Notes under the pieces: model-generated
Database searches by the model: none
What the model was told of the DNA's origin: nothing
What the model saw: the letters and a program-made list of their open reading frames with translations, nothing else
Assembly (NCBI RefSeq): GCF_001447785.1
Contig: NW_015177015.1
Span: 458,165-522,164, forward strand
Direction of reading: 5' to 3'
Source of the DNA: Gekko japonicus
Taxonomy: Eukaryota
DNA length: 64,000 nucleotides
Program-made: the position numbers and the translations under genes
Shown: piece after piece, positions 1-11,821 of the stretch
Position numbering within the stretch: position 1 is the stretch's first letter
Layout: the number at the start of each line of letters is the position of its first letter

Positions 1-570
1 AGAGCTACTGTAAATACAATTGAGATGCTGTATGTTATGTGCTTTAGATCTCCCCCCCTTCTCTATGGGAGCAACTGGGCTAATAGTCCATATGTTCTAT
101 AATAGTAAGAATTATAAGAATATTTTTATCTCCATAATCGCTTAAATCACTTTTATTCCTTTATTGAGATGGAAAGCAGATAAAATAGCTTTAATATTAA
201 GATGGTGAATTTTGGGTGGAGAATGAAAGCAGAACAATGGGGACAGGTACAAACTAAAGAGGGTTTTCTACATACTTGGAGAAATCTCACCTGTATGCAG
301 AAAAATGCTACAGTTTGTCTTACAGTACAATCCTAAGGACACTTTTCTGGGAATAAGCCCCATTGAGTAGACTTCAGCAGACTTCTGAGTAGACCTGTTT
401 AGGATTGTTCTTTTAATCCCCTTAATTGCCAGGGGAGCAACAAAAAGTAATGATAAAAGTGCAGATGGAAGCTATGGTGATTATTATTACACAGAAAGAG
501 TGGAAAATAAGTGGTTACCACAAATTTGCAGCCTCCCTGAAGCTTCCAAAAATCCAAATAAATCTCAAAG

Positions 571-611
571 TTTGTTGTTGTTCAGTTGCACAGTCGAGTC
601 CGACTCTTCGC
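571..611 (-). mobile_element. RTE/BovB-like LINE 3' tail fragment
   Basis: ttgttgttgttcagttgcacagtcgagtccgactct resembles the reverse complement of the BovB/RTE 3' end with a (CAA)n tail. Confidence 0.6.
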
Positions 612-1263
612 GAGAATGGAGGAAGCACCAAATGCAAGTGGAATCTGCTTCCTTTGAGCTAAATAGCAATGGAAATCTTGGGGGGAGAGAAGATGAGAAA
701 TTTCCCTTCCCTACAGGCCCCAGCTTGTTTTAATCTAACTTTAATTTAACAGGGTTAAATTTTAGCCCCCAATGAAATTTATAAAACATAACTGAGTCAT
801 TTCATTGAAGTCAGGATTTAATTCTTTCTTAATGATACTTTACAGTGCTGTAAATCTTATTTGATGGAATCTTTTAACAACATATTGCATATTAATTTGT
901 ACAATTTTAAATGTTTAGACTTGGAATATAAAGAAGGGGAGCTTCAAACAGAAGAATTTTCTGTGAGTGCATATCATTATTATTGTGACATGTACAAGAA
1001 CAGATAACTTTGAAAAACACCTTGAATTAGCCCAGTTAAGATGTCTGAAAGAGGTTTAGAAACATCCACAATAAAACTTGAAAAGGGAGCTTCATGATTA
1101 TTACATACAATAGTATTGTATAGTCATTGTCCAAAATTCAGAGACTGTTAATCATCCTATGGGACTGAAATTATTAAGTTACTGTGGTAAATGTTGTCAG
1201 TGACTGTTACAAGGATTGTCCCCACTCACTGATCTTTTATGCATTTTGTACATTTATTCATGA
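612..1263 (+). repeat. 652-bp direct duplication, copy 1
   Basis: Near-identical to 2298-2949, with only a handful of substitutions by eye. Confidence 0.95.
919..962 (+). CDS. HSPB11: HSPB11/IFT25 penultimate coding exon, copy 1 (44 nt)
   Basis: ttag|AC...TCT|gtgagt; encodes (D)LEYKEGELQTEEFS, matching recalled human IFT25 DLVHTEGQLQNEEIV; syntenic next to DIO1. Confidence 0.8.
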
Positions 1264-1299
1264 ATACATAAGTTCTTGTATTGTGAGAAAGGGAGAAAA

Positions 1300-1509
1300 G
1301 TACTTCTTTCTCAACCTGCTCTATCCCATACATAATCTTATAAACTTCGATCATGTCACCCCTCAGCCGTCGTTTCTCCAAGCTAAAGAGCCCCAAGCGT
1401 TTTTAACCTTTCTTCATAGGGAAAGTGTTCCAACCCTTTTATCATTCTAGTTGGCCTTTTCTGCACTTTTTCCAATGCTATAATATCCTTTTTGAGGTGT
1501 GGTGACCAG
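1300..1509 (-). mobile_element. CR1 LINE ORF2 C-terminal fragment
   Basis: Minus strand translates WSPHLKKDIIALEKVQKRPTRMIKGLEHFPYEERLKTLG, a CR1 hallmark. Confidence 0.85.
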
Positions 1510-1628
1510 CCATACATTACTATTGGAAATACCATTGCTTTGACCATATGGACTTTTGTTGGCAGGGTGATGTCTCTACTTTTTATTATGCTGTCTAGGT
1601 TTGCCATCACTTTCCTCCCAAGGAGGAA
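1510..1628 (-). mobile_element. RTE/BovB LINE fragment
   Basis: Minus strand translates LLGRKVMANLDSIIKSRDITLPTKVHMVKAMVFPIVMYG, a BovB post-RT hallmark. Confidence 0.85.
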
Positions 1629-2297
1629 ATTTCCCTTCCAATCTGTGCAGCTATCAACCAGAGGCATGAAGTTTCCTGTACACAGGAGCCAGAAAATCTG
1701 CCTTGCCTGGCCAACCACTCATGGGGCCAAGATTTATTATTTTCATTTGTAGTCCGCCTTTCTGACTGGGACCCAAGGCAGATTATAAATGTGGTAGCCA
1801 AAGGAGCGGTATTTATGAGCCTGTTTTTTTTGCTGCACCTCTCCTATGCTTGCTCCACTTAGGTTTTGGTTTCTCATAGATGAATATTATGGCCCCTCCT
1901 ATTAATCCCATAACGGGACTGGTAGTGGATTACCCAGCTCTTTGGCAGTACTGGCTGTTCCTGTGTTGGGTCAGATCTGCCCAGGATAACTCTCCCGATG
2001 GCAGTCCCAAGAAATTAAACTAAGAGAAGGAGTTAGGGCTCCCAACACTACCTAAGCAAATGCTGGGAGATTTGGGGGTTGGTGCTTGGGAAAGTGGAGT
2101 TTGGGGATGATGTGTTGTCACTTCAAGGGAATTTCCTCTGATTTCTATGGTCATTATTATTTCTTGATGGTGGGCAACTAGAACTGGGCAACCTTTACCT
2201 GTCTACTCAAAAGGAAGTCTCTCTGTATTCAGTAGTGCATACTCAAAGGTAAGGGAGCATAAGAATCCAGCCATAAAGGGGCATTTGAAGCCATGGA

Positions 2298-2949
2298 GAG
2301 AACGGAGGAAGCACCAAATGCAAGTGGAATCTGCTTCCTTTGAGCTAAATAGCAATGGGAATCTTGGGGGGAGAGAAGATGAGAAATTTCCCTTCCCTAC
2401 AGGCCCCAGCTTGTTTTAATCTAACTTTAATTTAACAAGGTTAAATCTTGGCCCCCAATGAAATTTATAAAACATAACTGAGTCATTTCATTGAAGTCAG
2501 GATTTAATTCTTTCTTAATGATACTTTACAGTGCTGTAAATCTTATTTGATGGAATCTTTTAACAACATATTGCATATTAATTTGTACAATTTTAAATGT
2601 TTAGACTTGGAATATAAAGAAGGGGAGCTTCAAACAGAAGAATTTTCTGTGAGTGCATATCATTATTATTGTTACATGTACAAGAACAGATAAGTTTGAA
2701 AAACACCTTGAATTAGCCCAGTTAAGATGTCTGAAAGAGGTTTAGAAACATCCACAATAAAACTTGAAAAGGGAGCTTCATGATTATTACATACAATAGT
2801 ATTGTATAGTCATTGTCCAAAATTCAGAGACTGTTAATCATCCTATGGGACTGAAATTATTAAGTTACTGTGGTAAATGTTGTCAGTGACTGTTACAAGG
2901 ATTGTCCCCACTCACTGATCTTTTATGCATTTTGTACATTTATTCATGA
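2298..2949 (+). repeat. 652-bp direct duplication, copy 2
   Basis: Near-identical to 612-1263; offset 1686 bp. Confidence 0.95.
2605..2648 (+). CDS. HSPB11: HSPB11/IFT25 penultimate coding exon, copy 2 (identical 44 nt)
   Basis: Same exon sequence and splice sites as 919-962, inside the 652-bp duplication. Confidence 0.8.
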
Positions 2950-3611
2950 CAGTCTCAACATTTTTGACATTTATTTGCAAAACATATGTTTCTATGTAAT
3001 ACAATCCTCTGTATTTCAGGGCTTTTCTGCATTTTCAACTTAGTTTTGATTTTCTTGGTAGTTGATCCACAAGCATCGGAATCTGTTTGGGTACAGTTCT
3101 GCTCATCTTCCTTCTGCATTTTCACAGTTGTAGAGTCAGTTTATTTTCTTCCACATGTTCCTTAAATAATCAGGATTCTGAGAAGGTGCTGTTGTCATTG
3201 GTGGCATCACAGCACCCCGACACATACCTTTTCATTTTAACGTGTGCTTATATGGCTAAATTGATATCATAGCTGAATTTTAAAAATATTGAAAATAAAC
3301 ACAGAATGATGAACTGAATGATGAACTGAAAGAGCAGGGGGGGCTCCATTGGCACATGCAAGGCTGCTCGGGTGGGGGGGAATAGCATTCCCAGGAGGGG
3401 GCTGCAGTTGGCTGTTTCCTATGCTGAGTGTCTAACACAAGCCAAACATGATCTGGCCAAAAACTCCCATTCATTTCTGTCCAAGTGTTAAGCACATGCT
3501 AAAATGTCTTCCATTTAAATTACTTGAGATTTTAAATGCCTAGTTTGGGTTGGATTGAGTTCATCTTTTTATTTCTATTGCTATTAATATTTTTCTCTCT
3601 TCTTTTGACAG

Positions 3612-3719
3612 TTTCCTGAGTTCCAGGCTACGCACCTGAGATTCATCATTTTATCCGCCTTTGATACTTTTGTGTCAGTTCATAGGGTAATAGCAGAAGG
3701 AATAGCACAAGATATTTAA
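3612..3719 (+). CDS. HSPB11: HSPB11/IFT25 last coding exon
   Basis: ttttgacag acceptor, then FPEFQATHLRFIILSAFDTFVSVHRVIAEGIAQDI*; matches IFT25 C-terminus (ATYLRFIIVSAFDHFASVHSVSAEG). Confidence 0.9.
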   Translation, partial: FPEFQATHLRFIILSAFDTFVSVHRVIAEGIAQDI

Positions 3720-4009
3720 AACCAAGGTTGAAGAACTGTAATCAGAAAAATAGTAATAATATGGTATTGATATATGCATTCCATTAAAGAATGTTTTGCA
3801 AAATGAGTATTTTATATGATTTTGCTGTGGAATTGTTTCTTCAGGCAGAAAGTTCTGACACAAAATCCCCTTGTAAGTACAGCTATAAGCATTTTTTTAA
3901 CAGCTGCCACTGGAACCCCTCAGTCCCCTAGTGCAAAAATTGTTGAAGCATATAAATGTAGAAGTCTGCATTCAGGGCTTGCCCTAGTTTTTATTTTTAT
4001 TTGTTGATT

Positions 4010-4700
4010 TATGTTATTTATTTACATTATTCATAGCCTGCCTTTCTCACTTGGATTTAAGATGGGATTGCACAGAGTGAGTCAATAAAATTGATGGATG
4101 GGACATTCAGTAAACAGTGCAGTAGGATTTGGGTTGTAGAACCAACCAGAAGTCTAAAAACAGAACTGAAGCAAAGCATAAATATAAAATGTCACATTAA
4201 ATGATGCAAAAATTACACAGTAGGATCCTAGCTTCAGCAAACTATACACAGTAGTATAGACCACAGTCCCTAATAATTTTTCTGAGTAACTTTGTGAATC
4301 ACTTAGTGCAGTGCAACTCTATTGCCTGCATAGAAAAGCCCTCTCGAATAATTTAGTTTTGCATAGTTTGTGGAAAGCCATGAGAGTTGGAGCCTTCCTG
4401 ACCTCACGCACAAGGTGGGGCCCACAACAAAGAAGGCACATGTATGGGCATTTGTTGATTTTGCCCATTTACAGGTTGGCACCTGCAGAAGATCCTGCTC
4501 CAGTTAGCAAAGCTGTCATGGCACACAGTTTTGCAGATATGAAGGACCAAGGCCATGAACGACTTTACATGTGGTAGCATTTATCTTAATTTGAACCCAG
4601 TAACTGACGGGCAGTCAGTGAAGTGCCTGCAGGGTGGGAGTAATATGCATGCTCTGTCTAGCTCCTGATAATAGCCAAGTCTGTAGTTTTCTAAACCGGA
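4010..4700 (-). mobile_element. Degenerate L2-like LINE 3' fragment
   Basis: AT-rich tail followed by sequence resembling the other L2-like copies in the window; boundaries approximate. Confidence 0.45.
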
Positions 4701-4722
4701 GGTGTTGAACTCATTTGTTACA

Positions 4723-4995
4723 AGAAGAAGAGAAGAGATTGGATTTATACCCCGCCTTTCACTACCCAAAGGAGTCTCAGAGCGGTTTACAAACTCCTTT
4801 CCCCTCCTCTCCCCACAACAGACACCCTGTGAGGTAGGTGGGGCTGAGAGAGCTCTGACAGAAACTGCTCTTTTTGAAGAACAGCTGTGCCAGAACTATG
4901 GCTTGCCCAAGGTCATCCAGCAGGTACAAGTGGAGGAGTGGGGAATCAAACCCGTTTCTCCCAGATTAGAGTCCGCACACTTAACCACTACATCA
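4723..4995 (-). mobile_element. tRNA-derived SINE
   Basis: Minus strand begins tgatgtagtggttaag (A box) ... gggtttgattcccc (B box) and ends in a simple-repeat tail. Confidence 0.75.
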
Positions 4996-5254
4996 AACTA
5001 GCCGGATCTCACATAAATGTCACTTTGTTGGGCTGGACCATGTGTGCCATAAAATGTAACACAAGGCAACAGAGATTAAAACTTTATAACGATTATTTCA
5101 GATGCCAAATGGCAATAGGCTTGATTGGATTAGGTGTGATATGCAGAGGAGTAGTAGGCATGGATCTATCATCATTGGTAATGAGACAGGACACCTAGGT
5201 CTCAGTTTGGTTCAGGAGGATTCAGGCCAGGAGGATGCAAAGAATAAATGGACA

Positions 5255-5745
5255 TAAGCCTGAAGAAGTGAGCAGCAACTCACGAAAGCTCTTACCTTGC
5301 CATAAATTTTGTTAGTTGTCAAGGTGCTACTGAACTCTTTCTGCTGCTATAAGAAACTACAACATTCAAAAACCAGTGGGGAAGACATTTTAAACTTCCA
5401 GGACATTCAGTTGCTGACCTAAGAGTAGCAGTTCTTTTACAAAGGAATTTTAAAGGGGGATTAGAAAGAGAAACTGCTGAATTGCAACTGATAATGAAGC
5501 TCAATGCATCCTTCTGGGCTGAATTGAGATCTAGGTTTCTTCTCTCATTACCAATGGCTGCTATTGTTATTTGGCATCTGAAATCACTTCACTCTCCAAG
5601 ATATAAGGACAGATGGACTTGCATTCTAGCTGTATTTTTTTTTAACAAAACAATTTTATTTGAAGTGAGCAGTGACTGATAAAAGCTCATGTCCTGCCAT
5701 GAATTTTGTTAGTCATTAAGGTGCTACTGGACTTTGGCACTCTTC
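5255..5745 (+). mobile_element. Penelope-like retroelement remnant (GIY-YIG endonuclease C-terminus plus pLTR fragments)
   Basis: About 5386-5570 translates HFKLPGHSVADLRVAVLLQRNFKGGLERETAELQLIMKL...GLN.DLGFFSHY (with a frameshift); flanked by ctgaagaagtgag...ctcacgaaagctc pLTR motifs. Confidence 0.75.
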
Positions 5746-6844
5746 CACTAATAAAGATTGCAAACTGTGGTGGTAGGTTTCTTTTTCTATTATCATCATC
5801 ATCATCATTATTATCTGTTAGAAATGTAAAGGGGATCTCTCCAAGTGAAATAATGTGTTGCTTTCAGACTGGGCAAAATATGCTCACTGCTAGTGATGAT
5901 AATAAAAAATTTCAAAAGCAATGGGGGGGGGTTTAATGTGAAGAAAGGCAGCCAGTGAGGTGGAAGTGGAGAGACGGAAAAACAATGTGTTGAATAGGAA
6001 TATTTGGAACCATAAATGTATTTTTAAATACTTAGCCATATATTTCCAGTCATTTAACCATGGAATCCAATTCAAGTGTTGTAATTCCTAATCAGGGTCT
6101 TTTTGAAAGAATATAAAATCCCAGATAGGCACAGAGAAATCTAATCTTAAAAAACCCAACTTTTCAGAAAAAGCCAAAATAATTTCCCTTTAATTCCCCT
6201 TATCCCAGATGCATCTCTTTCCTTTTTTAACGTGTGTCTGTGTGTGATCAGGTCTCAAAGCAAATAGCAGAGCAAGGCTTGTCAGAAGAACCTCCCTCCC
6301 TCTCTCTCCCTCTAAAGAAGTGTGTATCCACAGGAAAACTTATACCTGGAACAAAACTTTGTTGGTCTTAAAGGTGCCATGGGACTCCTTCTCTTTCTTG
6401 CGTGCACTCTCTGGCCCTTCCACCTCTGTCCGTCTCCAAATGAGGGAAGAGAGGTTTGGCAACGCAGCAGCCGCCCCGGAGAAGGAAGCAAGAGAGAGCA
6501 TTGAGAGAGTTTTCTGTGGTGCACATGCACTCTCTTTTTCCTTCCCCTTTGCTTCCTCCCCAAAGGAGGGAAGAGAGGCTTGGCAACACAGCAGCAGCCC
6601 CAGAGGAGGAAGCAGGAGAGAGTAGAGGGAGCTTTATTTGGTGTGTACATATGTGCTCTCTTTTTCATTCCCCCTCGCTTCCTCCCTAAAGGAGAAAGAG
6701 AGGCTTGGCAATGCAGCAGTGGCTGGGAGAAGGAAGCAGGGGAGAGCCAGTTGCTTGTGGGCCAGATACCAGCCATGCAGGGGCCGGATCTGGCCTGCAG
6801 GCCACATGTTTGACAGCTCTGTTCTTAACAAACAATTTTCCAAA

Positions 6845-7385
6845 TTGATTTTGAGGGGAGACGAATGTACAGTGCATTGAAATAGTTTATTCTCAGTGTT
6901 ACTGTGACGTGGATCTAGGTAGCCAGATCAGCTGTATTAAAGTTAAGGGGCCATCTTTCAGGCTAGGCTGAGTTGGAAGGAAGCCTTTTTTGCAATTGCA
7001 TTAGCTTGCTTCTCCAGTAATAACGTTAGGTTCAGTATAACCCCAAAGGACAACTGAGTCAGCAGGGGTCAGGTGAACTCCATCAAAAGTGGGGAGCACG
7101 ATGTCCTTCAAGATCTCTGCTTTCCCAACCAGCATTACCTCTGTCTTTTCAGGGTTTAGTTTTAACCTGTTCACTCTTAACCAATTTACCACAGCAGCCA
7201 GTCAAGACCTCTACTGCATCCCCAGCTGATCTGGATATATAGTGCCAGGAATCGTCCACATATTGATGACATCCAACCCCAAAGCTATGAATTATTTGTC
7301 CTCAGGGCTTTTCATAGAGAATGAAAAGCATGGGGAATAGAATTGCACCCTGTGGAACTACACAGGGTAGGTCCCACACTGATGA
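6845..7385 (-). mobile_element. L2/CR1-group LINE reverse transcriptase fragment
   Basis: ORF 7001-7192 reads NWLRVNRLKLNPEKTEVMLVG; upstream GVPQG and YVDD-like motifs on the minus strand. Confidence 0.8.
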
Positions 7386-8096
7386 CAACTTTTGAGTTTG
7401 AATTCCTAACTCAAATTCCACCCTTTGCTAACTTTTGGCTATTTTAAGTGTGAACTGTTGTAACCCAGTGTTCTGTTTGCTGAGTTTTGGCTTATTCTGT
7501 GCTGTTTGAAGTGAGGAATGTAAACATGTCATGTTTTCAGATATATTTAGAAATCCAGAGTGTGGTGAACTATATGCATGGGAATGACTAACTTTTGTAT
7601 GTTTGGGAAGTTAATGCCCCTGTCAGTGAGTTTGTGAAGTTCAATGATCTTTGTATGCAAACTGATATGTACACATACCATGAAGAACCATTTGACTAAT
7701 TCCACACAGCCAGGGGTGTTTGCATTTTCACAAAGTGCAGCCTTTCATGTCACACAGCAAATCTGTTTTTTAAACTGAGATTTCTGCTGTTCAAAGCAAA
7801 AGGTATCACACTAGGTTCATACAAACATCTGATCATGCTTTAAGTGACTCTGGATCCTGTCTAATGTCATTTACTCTCCTTACAAAGATGGACAAATGCA
7901 GCCAAACTTGTTTCTTCAAAGTTCTCCAAGCTACAAGAAATGGAAGCTAATTGTGGTAACTTGCAAGAAACAAATGTAAAAGCACTACCCAGCATTCTTG
8001 TTTGTGATAACTCTTCTGTTCATGTGACAATCCAAAATTTCAGAAAAGTATAGTTCAAAATAACAAGTTAAAGCCTATGAAGATTGTGTGACATGG

Positions 8097-8102
8097 TTTA
8101 AT
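8097..8102 (-). terminator. Possible DIO1 polyadenylation signal (ATTAAA)
   Basis: ATTAAA on the minus strand about 30 nt downstream of the SECIS. Confidence 0.4.
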
Positions 8103-8129
8103 AAGTATGGTTTAGCATCTTGTTTCTAT

Positions 8130-8197
8130 AAATATTTTTTCTAAATCAGGTCACAGCTGCCCAAGTTTTTAGCTGTGACTATCATAAACAAATATAA
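8130..8197 (-). promoter_or_regulatory. SECIS element (form I) of DIO1 3'UTR
   Basis: Minus strand tatttgtttATGA-tagtcacagct-AAAAActtgggc-agctgtgacc-TGAt: AUGA/GA quartet, stem gtcacagct/agctgtgac and apical AAA; closely resembles the recalled human DIO1 SECIS. Confidence 0.93.
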
Positions 8198-8521
8198 ATA
8201 AAAACAACAGCAAGTTATTACAACAGTTCAGAAAGTTCTTATAGTATATTTCCTTATTGGAAGCATTGGCATGATCCCAAGAGTCTCCATTGTGTGCTGA
8301 GGGGAAAATGCTGAGGCTGTGTATGTTTGCTTGATTCATCTCATGGGAAGCGTATGCCTGCACATTCATGCAAATGTGCAACTTGCCATAATGTGTGAGC
8401 ATCTTTCACCCAAGCATGCAATAGTCTGGGTCATTCAAAATAAAGGTTTCTCACATTCAACGTCGTCACAGTCTGGCAGTTCCAGTAGATTCAGGTGGCT
8501 AAACGTATTGGTCTGAAGCAG

Positions 8522-8703
8522 CAAAACAAAATTTGAGTCCAGTGGCATCTTTAAGTTCAACAAAGTTGTATTCAAAGTATAAGCTTTTGTGTGCAAGCGC
8601 ACTTCTTTGGATATCTGAAGAAGTGTGTATGCACCCAAAAGCTTATACCTTGAATAAAACTTTGTTGGGTTTAAAGGTGGCACTTGACTCAAACATTGTT
8701 CTG
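8522..8703. mobile_element. Palindromic Penelope-like pLTR element in DIO1 3'UTR
   Basis: Imperfect inverted repeat of ~90-bp arms centred on gatatc (8610-8615); contains a degenerate ctgaagaagtgtg...aaagcttatacc hammerhead motif. Confidence 0.7.
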
Positions 8704-9279
8704 GCAGTTCCAATAGTTAGGGTGTGGTCTGAGTTGGAAAACCTCATGGCCACTTGGCAACCAAGGAGGGAGGTTATTATTTACATTGTTCAGCTATGTG
8801 GAGGCTACTCCGCAAGACAAGCTGTTCTTGTGAAGCTACTTGCTAAGCAGTTCTGACAATTTACCTCACTTTACCACCCGCTGTTGATGGATTCCAAATA
8901 GTTAGAAGTGATTGATGGGTTGCTTCATGTGAAAGGCTTGCAGCATGTAGCCACTTCTATAAGTTGGTTTTCAGGTGGCTACTAAACCCTTATTTGCATG
9001 TGTTTAGGCCATACTGATTTAAGCTATCAGTGTCATATAAGCAAGGGACTACTGCAGTTACCACATGATTAATCTGTTGTGTGTACTTGACCTATGTAGG
9101 GGTAATGATAGGTGCACAGTGGACAGTGCCCATTTTCCGCATATGGATGGGATTTACTCTCTTCAAATATATACAAGATTTTCTAAATGAATATTAATCC
9201 TTTTTAAAATGAACCAGCAGATTATGGAGTAATTATTTTGCTCACTTTAGGGAGCCACTAGTAGGTTTGCTTTACACAT

Positions 9280-9345
9280 TTAGAGTAGTTGTTTCAAAAC
9301 TTCACGCACTTCTTGAGGGCTATAGTTCCAAGGTCCCACTCCACC
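9280..9345 (-). CDS. DIO1: Iodothyronine deiodinase 1, exon 4 coding part
   Basis: ttttacag acceptor, then GGVGPWNYSPQEVREVLKQLL*. Confidence 0.92.
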   Translation of the reverse strand, partial: GGVGPWNYSPQEVREVLKQLL

Positions 9346-9976
9346 CTGTAAAATAAAAAATACATATTTACCCGTGAGTTTAGTCTGAAGAATTATTGGG
9401 AAGAGGGATGGTACAGAAAAGACTGACAAAAGACATTTCTAAGGTATCTGTAATCTTTTTGAAAACCTGTGTGACAAAGCATGGCAGATAATTTAATAAT
9501 TATATCTCAAATAGAAATCAAATTGGTTAACACTTAAAAAAAATCCAGTCAGTCCAGCACTCCACTCACACAGGGCTCATGGATCTTCTCCACTTTCTTC
9601 CCAGCAGTCCCTTCTGACTCCCTGGAAAGTCGATTTCTGGGGTTGCAGGGCCCATATGGTGTCACAGCAATGTGAACTGGCGGGCTGCAGTGAGGGGGCA
9701 GGGGGAGAAATCACTTCCTTCTGCCTTGTCCATCAGTGGAGCTCTGTTGACAGAAGAAGCAGCTCCATTGACAAAAGAGGAAAGAATGGTAATTTTGCCA
9801 CATTTTCCCTCTTCACTGCAGTCCACCAGCCTGTATGGTTATTATAGCACATTAGTCCTATGACTCAGGAATCAACTTCCTTGGGGTTAGAAATGGTTGG
9901 CTTTCTGTGGATGGATCAGTGGACCTAATCTTAGTCTTCCTTCTAGATTTCTGGAAGCTAAAGGCCCATGTAAATA

Positions 9977-10461
9977 CATAAGAACATAAGAGAAGCGAAT
10001 GTTGGATCAGGCCAATGGCCCATTGTTATGTACTGGACTATGAACTACATACTACGTAAGCTCCATAGAAGCCCAGTATCCTGATCTGACAGTTCTCATT
10101 GGCTGCTCCTGACAGCAGGCCAATCAAAGCATAGCAGTGTACTTGGAGGGAAAACAGTCTATTGGTCTTTATTGTGTAAATATGATTGGTTCTTACCGTT
10201 CTACTGGGCGTGGTTTCCCCAGCCCGGGATGTTTAAAAGGAGTTCTGGCTCCTATGGCTTTCTTGTGTTTAATCGTTCTTGTTAATAAAGTTGAAATCAC
10301 TTGGTTAAGAGCTGCCTGAGTATGATTCACTTCACCCATCCAGCCCAACACTCTGTCACACAGTGGCTAAAAATACCAGGTGCCATCAGGAGGTCCATCA
10401 GTGGGGCCGGGACACTAGAAGCTCTCCCACTGTTGCCACCCCCAGCACCAAGAATACAGTG
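9977..10461 (-). mobile_element. CR1 3' end interrupted by a solo LTR
   Basis: cataagaacataagagaagc...gttggatcaggccaatggcccat continues as ccagcccaacactctgtcacacag after the LTR; same family as 24345 and 41738. Confidence 0.8.
10024..10334 (+). mobile_element. Solo LTR (311 bp)
   Basis: TG...CA ends, 5-bp TSD cccat (10019-10023 and 10335-10339), CCAAT boxes, TTTAAAA and AATAAA. Confidence 0.8.
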
Positions 10462-11390
10462 TTACATGCAAACAGTTCACTATTATGTTCTAGTGAGTTT
10501 TTGTTTAGAAGAGCAGCTTTTGAAAGCTACAGTATTGAGCAGAGAAGCAATAGCGCTTAGTGACTTCTCTAGCAGCCATTTCTCTGTTCCAGATTTGATC
10601 CTAAGCTTCTGCACTGCAGGATTCTAGATACATGTTTAATCTTCCTAATGCATCTGGAATCCTAGAGGTGGTGAAAGCAAATGGGTTGGTGACCTATAGC
10701 TGAAATATTGCAGGTGGGGAAAGCATCCCTCTCTTCTCAGTTCAAAACTGCAGCCTCCTGAAGTTGGTTTTCTTACTGTGGCCATCATCCATTTGCATGA
10801 ATGTGCCATGTGTATGAGTGAGAGAGAGGAGTTAATGCTAGTGCTTTAATTTAAAGGAAGTCATAACCTATATCAGGCATAACCTAAAGTCTGATACAGA
10901 TTTAAAATTACCAAAAAATTGTTGTATAAACTTTCTGTCAAGCTATCTTCATATTTCATAGTTTTTAATATTGATTCAGAAATGATTATTGGATTAAGAG
11001 CAATAAGCCACAAAGGGTTTTATAAATTCCAGTAGAAAATATCCAGATCTTGATTTTTAGGTTTGGGACACAGTTCTGAAGCTCTGTATATAGTTTCATG
11101 TTGCAGTAAAATAATGGTATGTACAATCATTTGCCTGCATTCAGAAAGTATGTTTAGCTAAATACACAGACAAGTGAACCCTATAAGCAGATATTGCTAT
11201 ACAGACAGCCTTCACTTTTGAGATTTGATAGGAAATTTCACTATTGATGTATACAGGGAATTCTTCCATGTCATTCTTGACATTTATTTTTCTCTGTCAA
11301 TAGAAGAAATTAAGATTAGCCAAACTAATACTGATGCATTCTTTGTTTATTATTGTAAGGATTTTCACCAAATTGCTGGCATTTTGTTAC

Positions 11391-11591
11391 CTTATAGACA
11401 ACTTTTCCTCTTTGAAGCACATAAAGTCTTTCTGGCAGAGCTGCATATTTAGAACTGCTTTTGTTTTCCATAGTATCTAAAACCACTGGGCACAAGGGAC
11501 GAATCTTCCAAAAGGATCTGTGCAGCCTGTATGCGGTCTTGGAGAGTACGGTGACTTTTAATAGAAATATTTTTTTTAAAAGCCCATTCAT
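11391..11591 (-). CDS. DIO1: Iodothyronine deiodinase 1, exon 3 (201 nt, contains an apparent +1 frameshift)
   Basis: [30 protein letters not shown] in one frame, then [36 protein letters not shown] in the next; ag/gt splice sites intact. Confidence 0.9.
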
Positions 11592-11821
11592 CTGAAACAA
11601 ACATAATGATTACATTGAGTAAATAGCTTCTATCCATGGTTACATTTATTAATATCCTAAAAGATTACAGAATGGTAAACCTGCTGGGAGTAGCAAATTG
11701 TTAGGAACTGAGGCTATAAGATTTACTCATGTCACTAATGGGATCCTAAAGGGGAAATTTAAAATATTTTCTGGAAAGTTGTCTATTACATTCTGCACTT
11801 TATGCAGCAACCTTATTTTAC

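Noticed and set aside
4925-4995. tRNA gene
   Set aside because: tRNA-like head of a SINE followed by a SINE body and tail; no complete cloverleaf evident.
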